Of a DNA stretch of 64,000 nt, positions 1 to 9,807 are shown in pieces. Every line of letters begins with the position of its first letter. Within the stretch, counting starts at the first letter, position 1. The stretch lies in the NCBI GenBank assembly GCA_964230025.1, contig CAXRFO010000012.1, forward strand, positions 516,136 to 580,135, given 5' to 3'. A model generated the notes under the pieces. It had not been told where the DNA came from. It did not search any database and saw only the letters and a list, made by a program, of their open reading frames with translations. Source of the DNA: Flavobacteriales bacterium (GTDB taxonomy: Bacteria > Bacteroidota > Bacteroidia > Flavobacteriales_D > JAUILH01). The translations under genes were made by a program, and so were the position numbers.

Positions 1-372
1 GTCACACAATTAGCACTCTATTCAGTACTCGGAATAATAGCGCTACTCGTGGGTATATATGCTGACGGTATAGTAAGTATTTATGCCATTATCAGCGTAG
101 GATTATTTTGCAGTACTCTTTGGCCTTGTATTTTCACGCTTGCCATTGCAGGTTTAGGCAAGCATACCAGCACAGGATCGGGTTACCTTATAATGATGAT
201 TATGGGAGGAGGATTAATTTCTTGGTTGCAAGGCTCCTTGGCGGATGTCCCTGAAATTGGTATTAAACTTAGTTTCTGGGTGGGAATAGCTTGTTTCGCC
301 TATCTTGCTTTTTACGCTGTGAAAGCAAAGTCTATCCTACAAAAGCAAGGGATAGATTATGATGCTAATTAA
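1..372 (+). CDS. MFS transporter, FucP/glucose-galactose permease-like, C-terminal fragment. The gene starts upstream of the window.
   Basis: Frame 1 is open from nt 1. The hydrophobic C-terminus MMIMGGGLISWLQGSLAD..FYAVKAK resembles FucP-family C-terminal helices. Confidence 0.55.
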   Translation, partial: VTQLALYSVLGIIALLVGIYADGIVSIYAIISVGLFCSTLWPCIFTLAIAGLGKHTSTGSGYLIMMIMGGGLISWLQGSLADVPEIGIKLSFWVGIACFAYLAFYAVKAKSILQKQGIDYDAN

Positions 373-474
373 GATAAAATCTTAAACCCCTTAAAATATT
401 GTGCATTTAGCTCCGCATTTTAAAAATGTTTTGAAATTCAGCTCTCTTTTTTTCGAATACACGATATTTGTTAG

Positions 475-3423
475 ATGAGATTAGTTCTGATTTTTCTTTG
501 TGTTTTTCCGCTATTTACTTTTTCCCAAGCCAAAAAAGTTAACCCTTTTATAGGTACAGGTGGACATGGGCATACCTTCCCTGGAGCATGCAGTCCATTT
601 GGGATGGTTCAATTAAGCCCGGACACAAGAATTGATGGCTCATGGGATGGCTGCGGAGGCTACCATTATTCCGATGAATACATATATGGCTTTTCGCACA
701 CCCATTTGAGTGGCACAGGCGTTTCGGATTATGGTGACATTCTTTTCCTTCCGACTAATGAAGAGCCTTCGCTGATAGACTCTGTTTACAAACAAAAATT
801 CTCTCATAATAATGAAAAAGCTTGGGCAGGTTTTTATCATGTTGATTTAGAAAATGGAATCTCTTGTAATCTAACAACTACAGAAAGGTGCGGCATACAT
901 GAGTACTGTTTCCCTCAGAGTGATGGTCATCTGCTCATTGATTTAATACACAGAGATGAAGTGCTTGAGTCTGAAATTGAAATTTTAAGCCCAACTAAAA
1001 TAAGAGGTAAAAGAATCTCAAAGGCCTGGGCAAATGAACAACATGTATACTTTGTAGCCGAATTCTCGGAGCCTTTTGAACACGAAATCTACGATCATAA
1101 GGATAACATATCTGGCGCTAAAATTAGAAATGGAAAGGCTATTCAAACAATCTTGAACTTCAAAAAGCTTAAGGAATCCAAATTAAAAATAAGAATTGCC
1201 TTGTCTCAAACCGGTTATGAGGGTGCGGAGAAAAACCTTGCCGCTGAGGCAACACATTGGGACTTTAGACGCTACTTGAATGAAAATACCGACCGCTGGA
1301 ACAAAGAACTTTCAAAAATTGAGGTTCACACAAAAAATAAAGAAAAGGAAGAAATATTCTACAGCTCCCTTTACCATTGCATGATTCATCCCAGTTTAGC
1401 ATCAGATGTTGATAGCTCTTATCGTGGACGTGACATGAAAATCCACAAGGCAGATCATGAGGTTTATACCGTTTTCTCGCTCTGGGATACCTTCAGAACC
1501 TTGCATCCTTTGTTAAACATCATCGATCAGAAGAGAAGCTTGGACTTCATTAAAACCTTTCTTTTGCAATATGAGCAAGGGGGCAGAATGCCCGTTTGGG
1601 AGTTATCCAGTTGTGAAACAGAGTGTATGATTGGTTTTCACTCTGTGCCTGTAATATTAGACGCCTACGTTAAAGGGATTCGAGATTTTGATGTGGACCT
1701 GGCCTTTAAAGCTATGGAAGCAAGTGCCAACCGACCGGATTTTGGCTTGGAGGAATTCAATCAGTCAGGTTACCTCAACCTTCAAATGGAGCACGAATCC
1801 GTTTCGAAAACTTTGGAGTACGCATATGACATGTGGGTACTGGCAGAATTTGCAAAAAAGACTCAAGTAAAAAATAATCAAGCAAGTGATGCCGCAAGCC
1901 TAAAAGCCGAGCATTATGAATACCTATCTCACGCATGGAAAAACTTGTACAATCCGAAAACAGGTTTTATTCAACCCCGAGACAACGGAGCATGGTACGA
2001 GCCTTTTAAACCAGAAGAAGTAAACAATTTTTACACGGAAGCCAATGCATGGCAATACACTTTCTTTGTTCCGCACAACATCATTGGGCTTAAAAAAACG
2101 ATGGGTGGAAAGGCCGCCTTTGAAAACAAACTCGACCAACTTTTCAGCACCAGCAGTGAAACCTCTGGCAGGCACCAAGTTGATATTACGGGACTTATTG
2201 GACAATATGCCCATGGAAACGAGCCCTCTCACCATATGGCCTACCTCTATGCCTTTGTCAATCGCCCGGACAAAATGCAGGAAAAGCTCTATCAAATAAT
2301 GAACGAGTTTTATACCACCCAACCAGACGGTTTGATTGGTAACGAAGACTGCGGCCAAATGAGTGCATGGTATGTTATGAGCTCACTGGGATTTTATCCT
2401 GTCCTTCCGGGAAGCCCGACATACATTACGGGGCTACCGCAATTTGACTCCGCGCACATTCATTTAGAAAATGGAAAAACCTTTACCATGCTGGCTAGCT
2501 CTTATTCAGATGATAAGAAATATGCCAGCACAAAAATTCCTATGCTCAATCATAACGCCATTTTAAAAGGTGGCAAATTGAGTTTTGATATGAGCAATGA
2601 GCCAAAAAGTTGGAAACGCCCAGCACGATTAAACTCAAACTATCAGTTTTCATTTCCACAGCGTTTTATGCCTGCCCCTTCTTTTGAATTCGAGTCACAA
2701 GTTTTTGAAGATTCCACTTTAATTACCCTGTCCTCTATTTACGATTTGGACACTAATTATCAGATCATCTATCACTTTTATGATCCAACATGCATGATAG
2801 ACACTTGTATGCACGACTTCAACGTGTACAATGGGCCTTTTTACATTAAAAACAGTGCGCAAATATGGGCTTATGTTCGCAATAAAAAAGACAAGAGTTC
2901 TGGCGCTATGGCCAAAAGCTATTTGCACAAACGCCCCAATAACTGGGATATAGAAATAAATAGCACAGCCAACCCGCAATACTATGCTGGCGGATCCTTG
3001 GGTTTAATTGATGGCCTTTATGGAAAAGAGAATTGGCGTGCGGGTGCATGGCACGGTTATCAGAATCAAGATTTTGAAGCAGTAATTGATATGAAGCAGG
3101 TTAGGACTATTAGTTCTATACAAGTTAGCTTACTAGAAGATAAAAGAGCTTGGATATTCTTTCCTAAAGAGCTTTTAATCAGCTACTCACAAGATGGTGA
3201 AATCTGGGAGTCCTATTCTGGTTGCTTTCAGGACATTCCTGAATCATTAGAACAAGAAAACCTTCAGAAGCGGAATTTTGGATGTTCATTTTCTTCATTT
3301 CCAAAAAAGGCTCGATATGTGAAAATCAAGGCTATTAATTATGGAAAACTTCCTGCTTGGCACCCTGGCCATACTATGGATGGAGATGCCTTTATTTTTA
3401 TCGATGAAATTATTGTGAACTAA
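475..3423 (+). CDS. Glycoside hydrolase family 92 alpha-1,2-mannosidase with a C-terminal discoidin/F5-8 type C-like carbohydrate-binding domain
   Basis: Signal peptide. NPFIGTGGHGHTFPGACSPFGMVQLSPDT is the GH92 N-terminal signature. 982 aa. The C-terminal 150 aa has a discoidin-like pattern (GAWHGYQNQDF..VIDM...SYSQDGEIW). Confidence 0.85.
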   Translation: MRLVLIFLCVFPLFTFSQAKKVNPFIGTGGHGHTFPGACSPFGMVQLSPDTRIDGSWDGCGGYHYSDEYIYGFSHTHLSGTGVSDYGDILFLPTNEEPSLIDSVYKQKFSHNNEKAWAGFYHVDLENGISCNLTTTERCGIHEYCFPQSDGHLLIDLIHRDEVLESEIEILSPTKIRGKRISKAWANEQHVYFVAEFSEPFEHEIYDHKDNISGAKIRNGKAIQTILNFKKLKESKLKIRIALSQTGYEGAEKNLAAEATHWDFRRYLNENTDRWNKELSKIEVHTKNKEKEEIFYSSLYHCMIHPSLASDVDSSYRGRDMKIHKADHEVYTVFSLWDTFRTLHPLLNIIDQKRSLDFIKTFLLQYEQGGRMPVWELSSCETECMIGFHSVPVILDAYVKGIRDFDVDLAFKAMEASANRPDFGLEEFNQSGYLNLQMEHESVSKTLEYAYDMWVLAEFAKKTQVKNNQASDAASLKAEHYEYLSHAWKNLYNPKTGFIQPRDNGAWYEPFKPEEVNNFYTEANAWQYTFFVPHNIIGLKKTMGGKAAFENKLDQLFSTSSETSGRHQVDITGLIGQYAHGNEPSHHMAYLYAFVNRPDKMQEKLYQIMNEFYTTQPDGLIGNEDCGQMSAWYVMSSLGFYPVLPGSPTYITGLPQFDSAHIHLENGKTFTMLASSYSDDKKYASTKIPMLNHNAILKGGKLSFDMSNEPKSWKRPARLNSNYQFSFPQRFMPAPSFEFESQVFEDSTLITLSSIYDLDTNYQIIYHFYDPTCMIDTCMHDFNVYNGPFYIKNSAQIWAYVRNKKDKSSGAMAKSYLHKRPNNWDIEINSTANPQYYAGGSLGLIDGLYGKENWRAGAWHGYQNQDFEAVIDMKQVRTISSIQVSLLEDKRAWIFFPKELLISYSQDGEIWESYSGCFQDIPESLEQENLQKRNFGCSFSSFPKKARYVKIKAINYGKLPAWHPGHTMDGDAFIFIDEIIVN

Positions 3424-3424
3424 A

Positions 3425-4189
3425 TTACTCTTCACTGTCATTACCCAATGAAGCTTCTGGAACTTCATTCTCAACCTTTCTTTTAACAAAGGGATTATAC
3501 TGTGCGCGTTCTTCCGCGCTGAAAAAGCGGCGTTGGAATAAGAGGAGCATAATTACACCAATGGATATTGCTGCATCTGCAAAGTTAAATACCGCGGGAA
3601 AAATTTGACTACCCCCTACATATGGCATCCATTTTGGCCATTTTGCTGGAAACTCAAACATGTCTACTACACGACCGTATAAAGGAGCAGCGTATCCTTC
3701 CTTGCCCGACATAAATTTGGCTTTAAAGGGTTTGAATCCTCTCTCGCCATAGCAATATTGGCACTTGGGTTCCATGTAATCGTTCTTACATAGCTCGTTG
3801 TTAATTCGGGCCTGTGTGGGACATGAATAATCGAAGGCACTTCCGTACCAAAGGCTGTCAACAATATTTCCCAAAGCACCAGATAGCACTAGAGATATGG
3901 CCACAATTAGCCCAATTTTAGCGCCCCGTTTTATCAGCGACCATAAATACCAGGCAATGAAACCAACGGCTATAATTCGAAATAGGCTGAGGATTAATTT
4001 ACCGGTAGCACCACCAAAAGAAGATCCAAAGGCCATGCCTTCGTTCTCCATAAAGTGTAAGTTTAGGATGCCAAGAAACTCACGCTCCTCATTATAGAAA
4101 AAGCTTGTTTTTACCCAAATTTTAATGATTTGGTCAATAATAAGCACAGCCATTACGACCGCAATAGCCCAAATGAGTTTTTTACGCAT
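3425..4189 (-). CDS. lspA: Lipoprotein signal peptidase II (LspA) with a Cys-containing internal insertion
   Basis: NEGMAFG, GNIVDSLWYG and C-terminal FNFADAAISIGV motifs. Start trimmed to MRKKLIW (second Met). Conserved position downstream of ileS. Confidence 0.8.
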   Translation of the reverse strand: MRKKLIWAIAVVMAVLIIDQIIKIWVKTSFFYNEEREFLGILNLHFMENEGMAFGSSFGGATGKLILSLFRIIAVGFIAWYLWSLIKRGAKIGLIVAISLVLSGALGNIVDSLWYGSAFDYSCPTQARINNELCKNDYMEPKCQYCYGERGFKPFKAKFMSGKEGYAAPLYGRVVDMFEFPAKWPKWMPYVGGSQIFPAVFNFADAAISIGVIMLLLFQRRFFSAEERAQYNPFVKRKVENEVPEASLGNDSEE

Positions 4190-4199
4190 GTTTAAAGAA

Positions 4200-4583
4200 T
4201 CACTGCTGAGCGTTCTTAGCCTCAATGCTAAGCGTAGCGTGAGGAACTAGTTTTAATCTTTCTTTTCGAATCAATTTACCCGTTACTCTGCAAACTCCGT
4301 AAGTTTTGTTTTCGATTCGGATAAGCGCATTTTCAAGATTCTGAATAAACTTTTTCTGACGTCCTGCAAGCTGAGCAACTTCCTCTCTTGATAAAGTCTC
4401 AGAACCGTCCTCCATCATGTTAAATGAACGCCCGGTGTCATCTGTTCCATGATCGTCTTTTAACGAAAGTGAACTCGATAACAATTCTAAATCTTCTCGT
4501 GCTTCTTTTAATTTACCATTGATGATTTCTTTGAACTCTTGAAGTTCAGAATCACTATATCTTGTTTTTACCTTATCAGCCAT
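4200..4583 (-). CDS. DksA/TraR family protein (degenerate zinc finger)
   Basis: 127 aa. N-terminal coiled-coil. C-terminal TYGVCRVTGKLIRKERLKLVPHATLSIEAK is typical of the TraR/DksA C-terminus. Sits between ileS and lspA. Confidence 0.65.
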   Translation of the reverse strand: MADKVKTRYSDSELQEFKEIINGKLKEAREDLELLSSSLSLKDDHGTDDTGRSFNMMEDGSETLSREEVAQLAGRQKKFIQNLENALIRIENKTYGVCRVTGKLIRKERLKLVPHATLSIEAKNAQQ

Positions 4584-4587
4584 ACGC

Positions 4588-7500
4588 TTAATTTTTTTGA
4601 ATTTTTATTTGCGTAATAATTCCATCCCCTAAGTCTAACTCTGTACCTTCCAATTCATCAACAAGTTTTAAGCTATCACAAAGGGTCTCTGAACAAATAT
4701 AATTTAAATTGTCATTTACGGCCTCAGAAATTTCGCTACTTTTTAAAAGTTTTACATCAATCCGATCTGTCAGTTCAAAATCCGCTTCTTTTCGTAAGTT
4801 TTGAATTCTGTTTACCAGCTCTCTTGATAGACCTTCATTGCGCAAGTCTTCTGAAATATTAACGTCTAGGGCTACGGTGTATCCATCTTCACTCTGCACC
4901 AACCAACCTGGGATATCGTCTGTTTCAATCACAAAGTCCTTCATGTCAAGCTCAACACTTGCGCCGTCTACTTCTCCACTCCAAGATTGATTGGCCTCAA
5001 TTTCAGCAATTTCATTTGCTCCCCATGAATTAACCATGGCAGCAATTTGCTTCATTTGTTTACCGTATTTCGGTCCAATTGTCTTGAAATTTGGCTTGAT
5101 TTTTTTGACTAAGATATTATTATCAGGGCCTATTATCTCAAGTTCCTTAACGTTTACCTCTGATAAAATCACGTGCTCAATTTCTTTTAATTGGCGGTTA
5201 AATTCTGGCGATTTGCCCGGCACCATCATTCGTTGAAGCGGCTGCCTTACTTTGATTTTTTCCTTTTTTCTCAGGCTCAATACCATAGAAGATAATTTCT
5301 GAGCTATGCTCATTTTTTCTTCCAGGTCCGTATCAATATGCTCTTGATTTACCTTTGGGTAATCTACCAGATGTACAGACTCTTCCTTAAACCTTTTGGT
5401 AGTTTTATTCAGATCGTTAAATAACCTATCCGAATAAAAAGGCGCTATGGGCGACATAATTATGGCCACTTTCTCTAAACAGGTATAAAGTGTTTGATAA
5501 GCTGCAAGTTTATCTTTGTTCATGTCACCTTTCCAGAAGCGTCTTCTGCATAAACGAACGTACCAGTTACTTAAATCATCAATTACAAAGTCCTGAATTA
5601 AACGACCCGCGCGTGTTGGCTCAAAAGAATTCAAGGCATCTTCAACCTTGTCAATCAGCGTGTTTAATTTGGAAATAATCCATTGGTCCAGTTCAGTTCT
5701 TTCCGACATTGGAATTTCACTCTCCCAGAAAGTAAAGACATCCAAATTCGCGTAAAGCGAGAAGAATCCGTAGGTATTATAGAGTGTCCCAAAGAATTTT
5801 CTTTGCACTTCAATAATGCCATCAATATCAAATTTTAAATTATCCCAAGGCTGTGCATTGGTAATCATGTACCATCTAGTTGCATCCGGTCCATAAACAG
5901 ATAAGGTGGCAAAAGGATCAACGGCATTACCTAGTCTTTTAGACATTTTTTGACCGTTTTTATCCAACACCAAACCGTTTGAGATAACGTTTTTATAAGC
6001 CACAGAATCAAAACACATGGCTCCAATAGCATGAAGGGTGTAAAACCATCCTCTGGTTTGGTCTACACCTTCAGCAATAAAATCTGCAGGGTATGAAAGA
6101 CCATTGTCTATCTTTTCTTTATTCTCAAATGGATAGTGCCACTGAGCATAAGGCATGGAACCTGAATCGAACCAAACGTCAATTAAGTCGGCTTCACGTT
6201 TCATGGGCTGTCCATTTGCAGAAAGCAGGACAATTTTATCCACCTCATTCTTGTGTAAATCAAAGAGATTATAGTTCTCTTCATCCATATTGCCTGGCTC
6301 AAATTCTTCCAGTGGACTTTTGTCCATTAAGCCCGCATCAACGGCCTTTTTACACTCATTTTTAAGTTCCTCAACAGAGCCTATGCAAATTTGTTCGCTA
6401 CCATCTTCTGTTCGCCAAATTGGAATTGGTATACCCCAGAAACGAGATCGCGATAAGTTCCAATCGTTTAGGTTTTCTAACCAATTACCGAAACGCCCTT
6501 CTCCTGTTGCTTTCGGTTTCCAGTTGATGGTAGAATTTAATTCCATCATTCTTTCCTTAGCACGTGTAGCTCTGATGAACCAAGAGTCTAAAGGATAATA
6601 AAGAACCGGTTTATCGGTTCTCCAACAGTGTGGGTAACTGTGCTCATATTTTTCCACTTTAAAAGCACGGTTCTCTTCTTTTAGTTGGATGGCTATTTCA
6701 ACATCTACAGACTTATCGGGAGCTTCACCTGAAGCGTAATATTCGTTTTTGACATATTTCCCAGCCCATTTACCTGTTTGTTTTACAAATCTTCCTTGCA
6801 AATCCACAAGCGGCACGGCATTCTCATTTTCATCCAATACAAGCATTGGAGGCACACCTGCATCCTGCGCGACCTTAGCATCATCAGCACCAAATGTTGG
6901 TGCAATATGTACGATACCTGTTCCGTCTTCTGTTGTTACAAAGTCTCCCTTAATTACTTGGAAAGCATTCTCTGCTCCTTCAAAAGGTTGGGCCCAAGGA
7001 AGCAGCTGTTCATACCGCATACCAACAAGGTCAGAACCTTTACATTTACCAATAATTTGATAAGGAATGTTTTTGGCTCCAGGCTCGTATGAGGCTAAAT
7101 CTTCTCCTTCCATATCAGCTTTAAAATGCTTGGCCAACAAATTTTCAGCAAGCAATAATGTAACCGGTTTGAAGGTATAAGGATTGAAGGTGTTTACAAT
7201 GACATAATCAATTTTTGGTCCCACTGCCAATGCAGTATTTGATGGTAAAGTCCAAGGTGTGGTGGTCCATGCTAAAAAGAATATTTCAGCATTCGATTCA
7301 CCCGTTAAGAAAGGGCTAAGTTGTCCCTTAGATTCCTCCTTTATGGCAAATTGAGCGACCACGGTTGTGTCTTTTACATCACGGTAACAGCCCGGCTGGT
7401 TTAGCTCGTGTGAGCTTAAGCCTGTTCCCGCTGCTGGTGAATAAGGTTGGATAGTGTATCCTTTGTACATCATATCTTTCTGATGCAACTGTTTTAAAAG

Positions 7501-7986
7501 CCACCAAACCGACTCAATGTACTTATTTTCATAAGTCACGTATGGACTATCGGTATCCACCCAGTAACCCATTTTTCGAGTAAGATCATTCCAAATATCC
7601 GTGTACTTCATCACCGCGCGGCGACATTCTTGATTGTACTCTTCTATCGTGATTTTAGTACCAATGTCTTCTTTGGTAATTCCAAGGTCTTTTTCAACTC
7701 CAAGCTCAACAGGTAAACCATGGGTGTCCCATCCAGCTTTTCTTTCCACTTGAAAACCTTTGAGGGTTTTAAAACGACAAAAAATATCCTTAATACTGCG
7801 GGCCATTACGTGGTGGATCCCAGGTAAGCCATTAGCAGAAGGCGGACCTTCAAAAAACACAAATGGAGGCTCTCCCTCTCTGTTTTCAATGGATTTTTTA
7901 AATATCTCCTCTTCCTCCCAAAACTTGCGAATTTCATCAGCAATTTGAGGTAGATCGAGCTTCTTATATTCTTTGTACGTACTCAT
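4588..7986 (-). CDS. ileS: Isoleucine--tRNA ligase
   Basis: PSANGLPGIHH (HIGH region) and KMSKRLGNAVDP (KMSKS). About 1130 aa. Start trimmed to MSTYKEYKK; the longer ORF-track start is an upstream in-frame extension. Confidence 0.95.
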   Translation of the reverse strand: MSTYKEYKKLDLPQIADEIRKFWEEEEIFKKSIENREGEPPFVFFEGPPSANGLPGIHHVMARSIKDIFCRFKTLKGFQVERKAGWDTHGLPVELGVEKDLGITKEDIGTKITIEEYNQECRRAVMKYTDIWNDLTRKMGYWVDTDSPYVTYENKYIESVWWLLKQLHQKDMMYKGYTIQPYSPAAGTGLSSHELNQPGCYRDVKDTTVVAQFAIKEESKGQLSPFLTGESNAEIFFLAWTTTPWTLPSNTALAVGPKIDYVIVNTFNPYTFKPVTLLLAENLLAKHFKADMEGEDLASYEPGAKNIPYQIIGKCKGSDLVGMRYEQLLPWAQPFEGAENAFQVIKGDFVTTEDGTGIVHIAPTFGADDAKVAQDAGVPPMLVLDENENAVPLVDLQGRFVKQTGKWAGKYVKNEYYASGEAPDKSVDVEIAIQLKEENRAFKVEKYEHSYPHCWRTDKPVLYYPLDSWFIRATRAKERMMELNSTINWKPKATGEGRFGNWLENLNDWNLSRSRFWGIPIPIWRTEDGSEQICIGSVEELKNECKKAVDAGLMDKSPLEEFEPGNMDEENYNLFDLHKNEVDKIVLLSANGQPMKREADLIDVWFDSGSMPYAQWHYPFENKEKIDNGLSYPADFIAEGVDQTRGWFYTLHAIGAMCFDSVAYKNVISNGLVLDKNGQKMSKRLGNAVDPFATLSVYGPDATRWYMITNAQPWDNLKFDIDGIIEVQRKFFGTLYNTYGFFSLYANLDVFTFWESEIPMSERTELDQWIISKLNTLIDKVEDALNSFEPTRAGRLIQDFVIDDLSNWYVRLCRRRFWKGDMNKDKLAAYQTLYTCLEKVAIIMSPIAPFYSDRLFNDLNKTTKRFKEESVHLVDYPKVNQEHIDTDLEEKMSIAQKLSSMVLSLRKKEKIKVRQPLQRMMVPGKSPEFNRQLKEIEHVILSEVNVKELEIIGPDNNILVKKIKPNFKTIGPKYGKQMKQIAAMVNSWGANEIAEIEANQSWSGEVDGASVELDMKDFVIETDDIPGWLVQSEDGYTVALDVNISEDLRNEGLSRELVNRIQNLRKEADFELTDRIDVKLLKSSEISEAVNDNLNYICSETLCDSLKLVDELEGTELDLGDGIITQIKIQKN

Positions 7987-8041
7987 ATTGTTTTGTGGAA
8001 GTTGCGAATTTACTGAATTGTCTGCTATCTTTGAGTAAAAT

Positions 8042-8938
8042 ATGCGCTTAAAGCACATCATCATATCAATAGCGGTTTTAGTCTTAGGTTTACTTTCATG
8101 TAATCCCACAAAAAAGTCGATAAAAAGAAGTGAGAATGCCTTTAAGTCCTTGATGGAAGAAGATAGCTTGAAAGCTGCTAACCGCTTTTACAAACTTGCT
8201 ATTCGCTATCCTGAGTCCGATTATTACTACAAGAATTTATTTAATGCGGGAATGCTCTATTTCCATTTAGACTCCTTGGAGAAATCTTCCGTGATTTTTT
8301 CTTCCATTGCTTTCCCTGATTTTGTTTTGGAGCCGAATGAAATTGAACTAAAAGACACCACAGATAGTAGTCGAGATTTATACATTACACACACCAATTA
8401 TCAATTTTTCAGTTCACGCATGTTAGCTGAAATTTCTTTAAAAGAAGGTGATCCCCAAAAAGCCATTTACTTCCTAAATTATATACGCAACTTTGAATAT
8501 GAGAGTGACTCCGCATTAGGCGAAAGAAGACAAGAATTAAGTATTGATGCGCTTAGATTTAGGGCCTATACTGAAATGAATAAAATTGATAGTGCTTTAC
8601 TCACTATGCTGCCACACGCCTTAATGCCAAGCCCATATCACACACACCCGGGAGTTGAATTATTAGTGGATTTCTTAAAAGAAGAAAAGCTATTGATTCC
8701 AGTAAAAAAGGAACTGGATATTGCTGTTAACAGTATGCGCGTCCATCCGAGTTTCGCCGAAATACCTTTTAGGGGAAGTTATGTACAGCTTATTCCTTTA
8801 GCAGATCCAACAGAAGAATTGAAAAAAGAAAACATTCAAAGCGGAAAGCTTTTTACTCGATTGAACAGGGAAATTCGCTTATTAAGTCTCGACGGCAAAG
8901 ATATTGATCCAGATGTGAGGAATTGTAATTTGGATTAG
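8042..8938 (+). CDS. Hypothetical lipoprotein, possibly TPR-like
   Basis: Signal peptide plus lipobox (LLSCN). 298 aa. No recognisable catalytic motif. Confidence 0.5.
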   Translation: MRLKHIIISIAVLVLGLLSCNPTKKSIKRSENAFKSLMEEDSLKAANRFYKLAIRYPESDYYYKNLFNAGMLYFHLDSLEKSSVIFSSIAFPDFVLEPNEIELKDTTDSSRDLYITHTNYQFFSSRMLAEISLKEGDPQKAIYFLNYIRNFEYESDSALGERRQELSIDALRFRAYTEMNKIDSALLTMLPHALMPSPYHTHPGVELLVDFLKEEKLLIPVKKELDIAVNSMRVHPSFAEIPFRGSYVQLIPLADPTEELKKENIQSGKLFTRLNREIRLLSLDGKDIDPDVRNCNLD

Positions 8939-9318
8939 CCGTGTGTTATTAGCACTGTATCTGCCTTTTCCTCTTCCAGCGTTATATAACCGAACACTGT
9001 GTCGTTAGAATAGATACTCCTTATTTTGAGTGTCGTGAATCCATTGTTTACCTCACCAGCGTAGAATTCTGATAAATCCAAAGTGAAAAAACCGTTTTCA
9101 TCTGTTGTTCCACTTAAATCGTAAGTTGATAAATCCTTAACGTAGGTGCTATCTTCAGAGTGGCCTATAAGTTCAATATTTGCTCCCTGAATCCCATCAT
9201 TATTTAGGTTTTCTACTTTAATAGTTAGGGTTGTTGGAAGCACTTCTTCTCTACATGAGAGGAAAAAAAAGCTCCATATGAAAATGGAGCTTAAAAATAT
9301 TTTTTGGAATTTTTTCAA
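8935..9318 (-). CDS. Small lipoprotein with a transthyretin/carboxypeptidase-regulatory-like fold
   Basis: Lipobox FFLSC. GANIELIGH...TDENGFFTL pattern. 127 aa. Confidence 0.5.
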   Translation of the reverse strand: MKKFQKIFLSSIFIWSFFFLSCREEVLPTTLTIKVENLNNDGIQGANIELIGHSEDSTYVKDLSTYDLSGTTDENGFFTLDLSEFYAGEVNNGFTTLKIRSIYSNDTVFGYITLEEEKADTVLITHG

Positions 9319-9702
9319 TTATAAGTTCACTTGCACCGTTTGCTCAGTTGTTACTTCTTCCTCTACTTTGATGATTCCTGCAGACTCGAATTTAACTCCG
9401 TTTTTCTCTACGTCTATTGTAAGTACCATTAATCCAGCAGTTCCTTCTCTAAATTCAGCGTTGAAGTTAAAAGTAGCTACACCAACAGCATCTGTAGATG
9501 CTTCCTTGCTCTCCCAAACCCATTCACTCTCTGGTGTACCGTTTGAACTTTCAGGTCGTACTGTAACTGTAGCATTGGCGACTGGGGCTTCTGCTGAGTC
9601 GTGAACAGTTATTTTAGCAATTGAATCTTTGGTTTTGTTACAAGATGTGAAGCCTGCAATTAATCCTAAAAACAAAGCTGAAGCAAGTATCTTTTTAAAC
9701 AT
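9319..9702 (-). CDS. Small lipoprotein, paralog of the adjacent 127-aa lipoprotein
   Basis: Lipobox GFTSC. Same length (127 aa) and architecture. ANATVTVRP...TDAVGVATF pattern. Directly abuts the previous gene. Confidence 0.5.
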   Translation of the reverse strand: MFKKILASALFLGLIAGFTSCNKTKDSIAKITVHDSAEAPVANATVTVRPESSNGTPESEWVWESKEASTDAVGVATFNFNAEFREGTAGLMVLTIDVEKNGVKFESAGIIKVEEEVTTEQTVQVNL

Positions 9703-9807
9703 AGCGTGCGTTTTAGCAAATCAAAAGTAGCAGAAAAAAGCCAATTTCTCAACTTTTCCGTGCCTTATTAACATAGGTTAAACCATTTTTAGCGGCAAAA
9801 AGTTACA

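Noticed and set aside
4588-8109. N-terminally extended ORF-track calls (ileS 8109, frr 48617, epimerase 21516, rplM 51973, recJ 58738, OMP 18520, sucA 21739)
   Set aside because: The extensions precede well-conserved N-termini, use non-ATG or upstream in-frame codons, and in several cases overlap neighbouring genes. Starts were trimmed to the conserved Met or GTG.
9278-9604. 108-aa plus-strand ORF antisense to the two small lipoprotein genes, and similar antisense ORFs (for example 6093-6598, 31345-31948, 24598-25551)
   Set aside because: Each is fully embedded antisense within a well-supported gene and shows low-complexity, Ser/Leu-rich composition typical of shadow ORFs.
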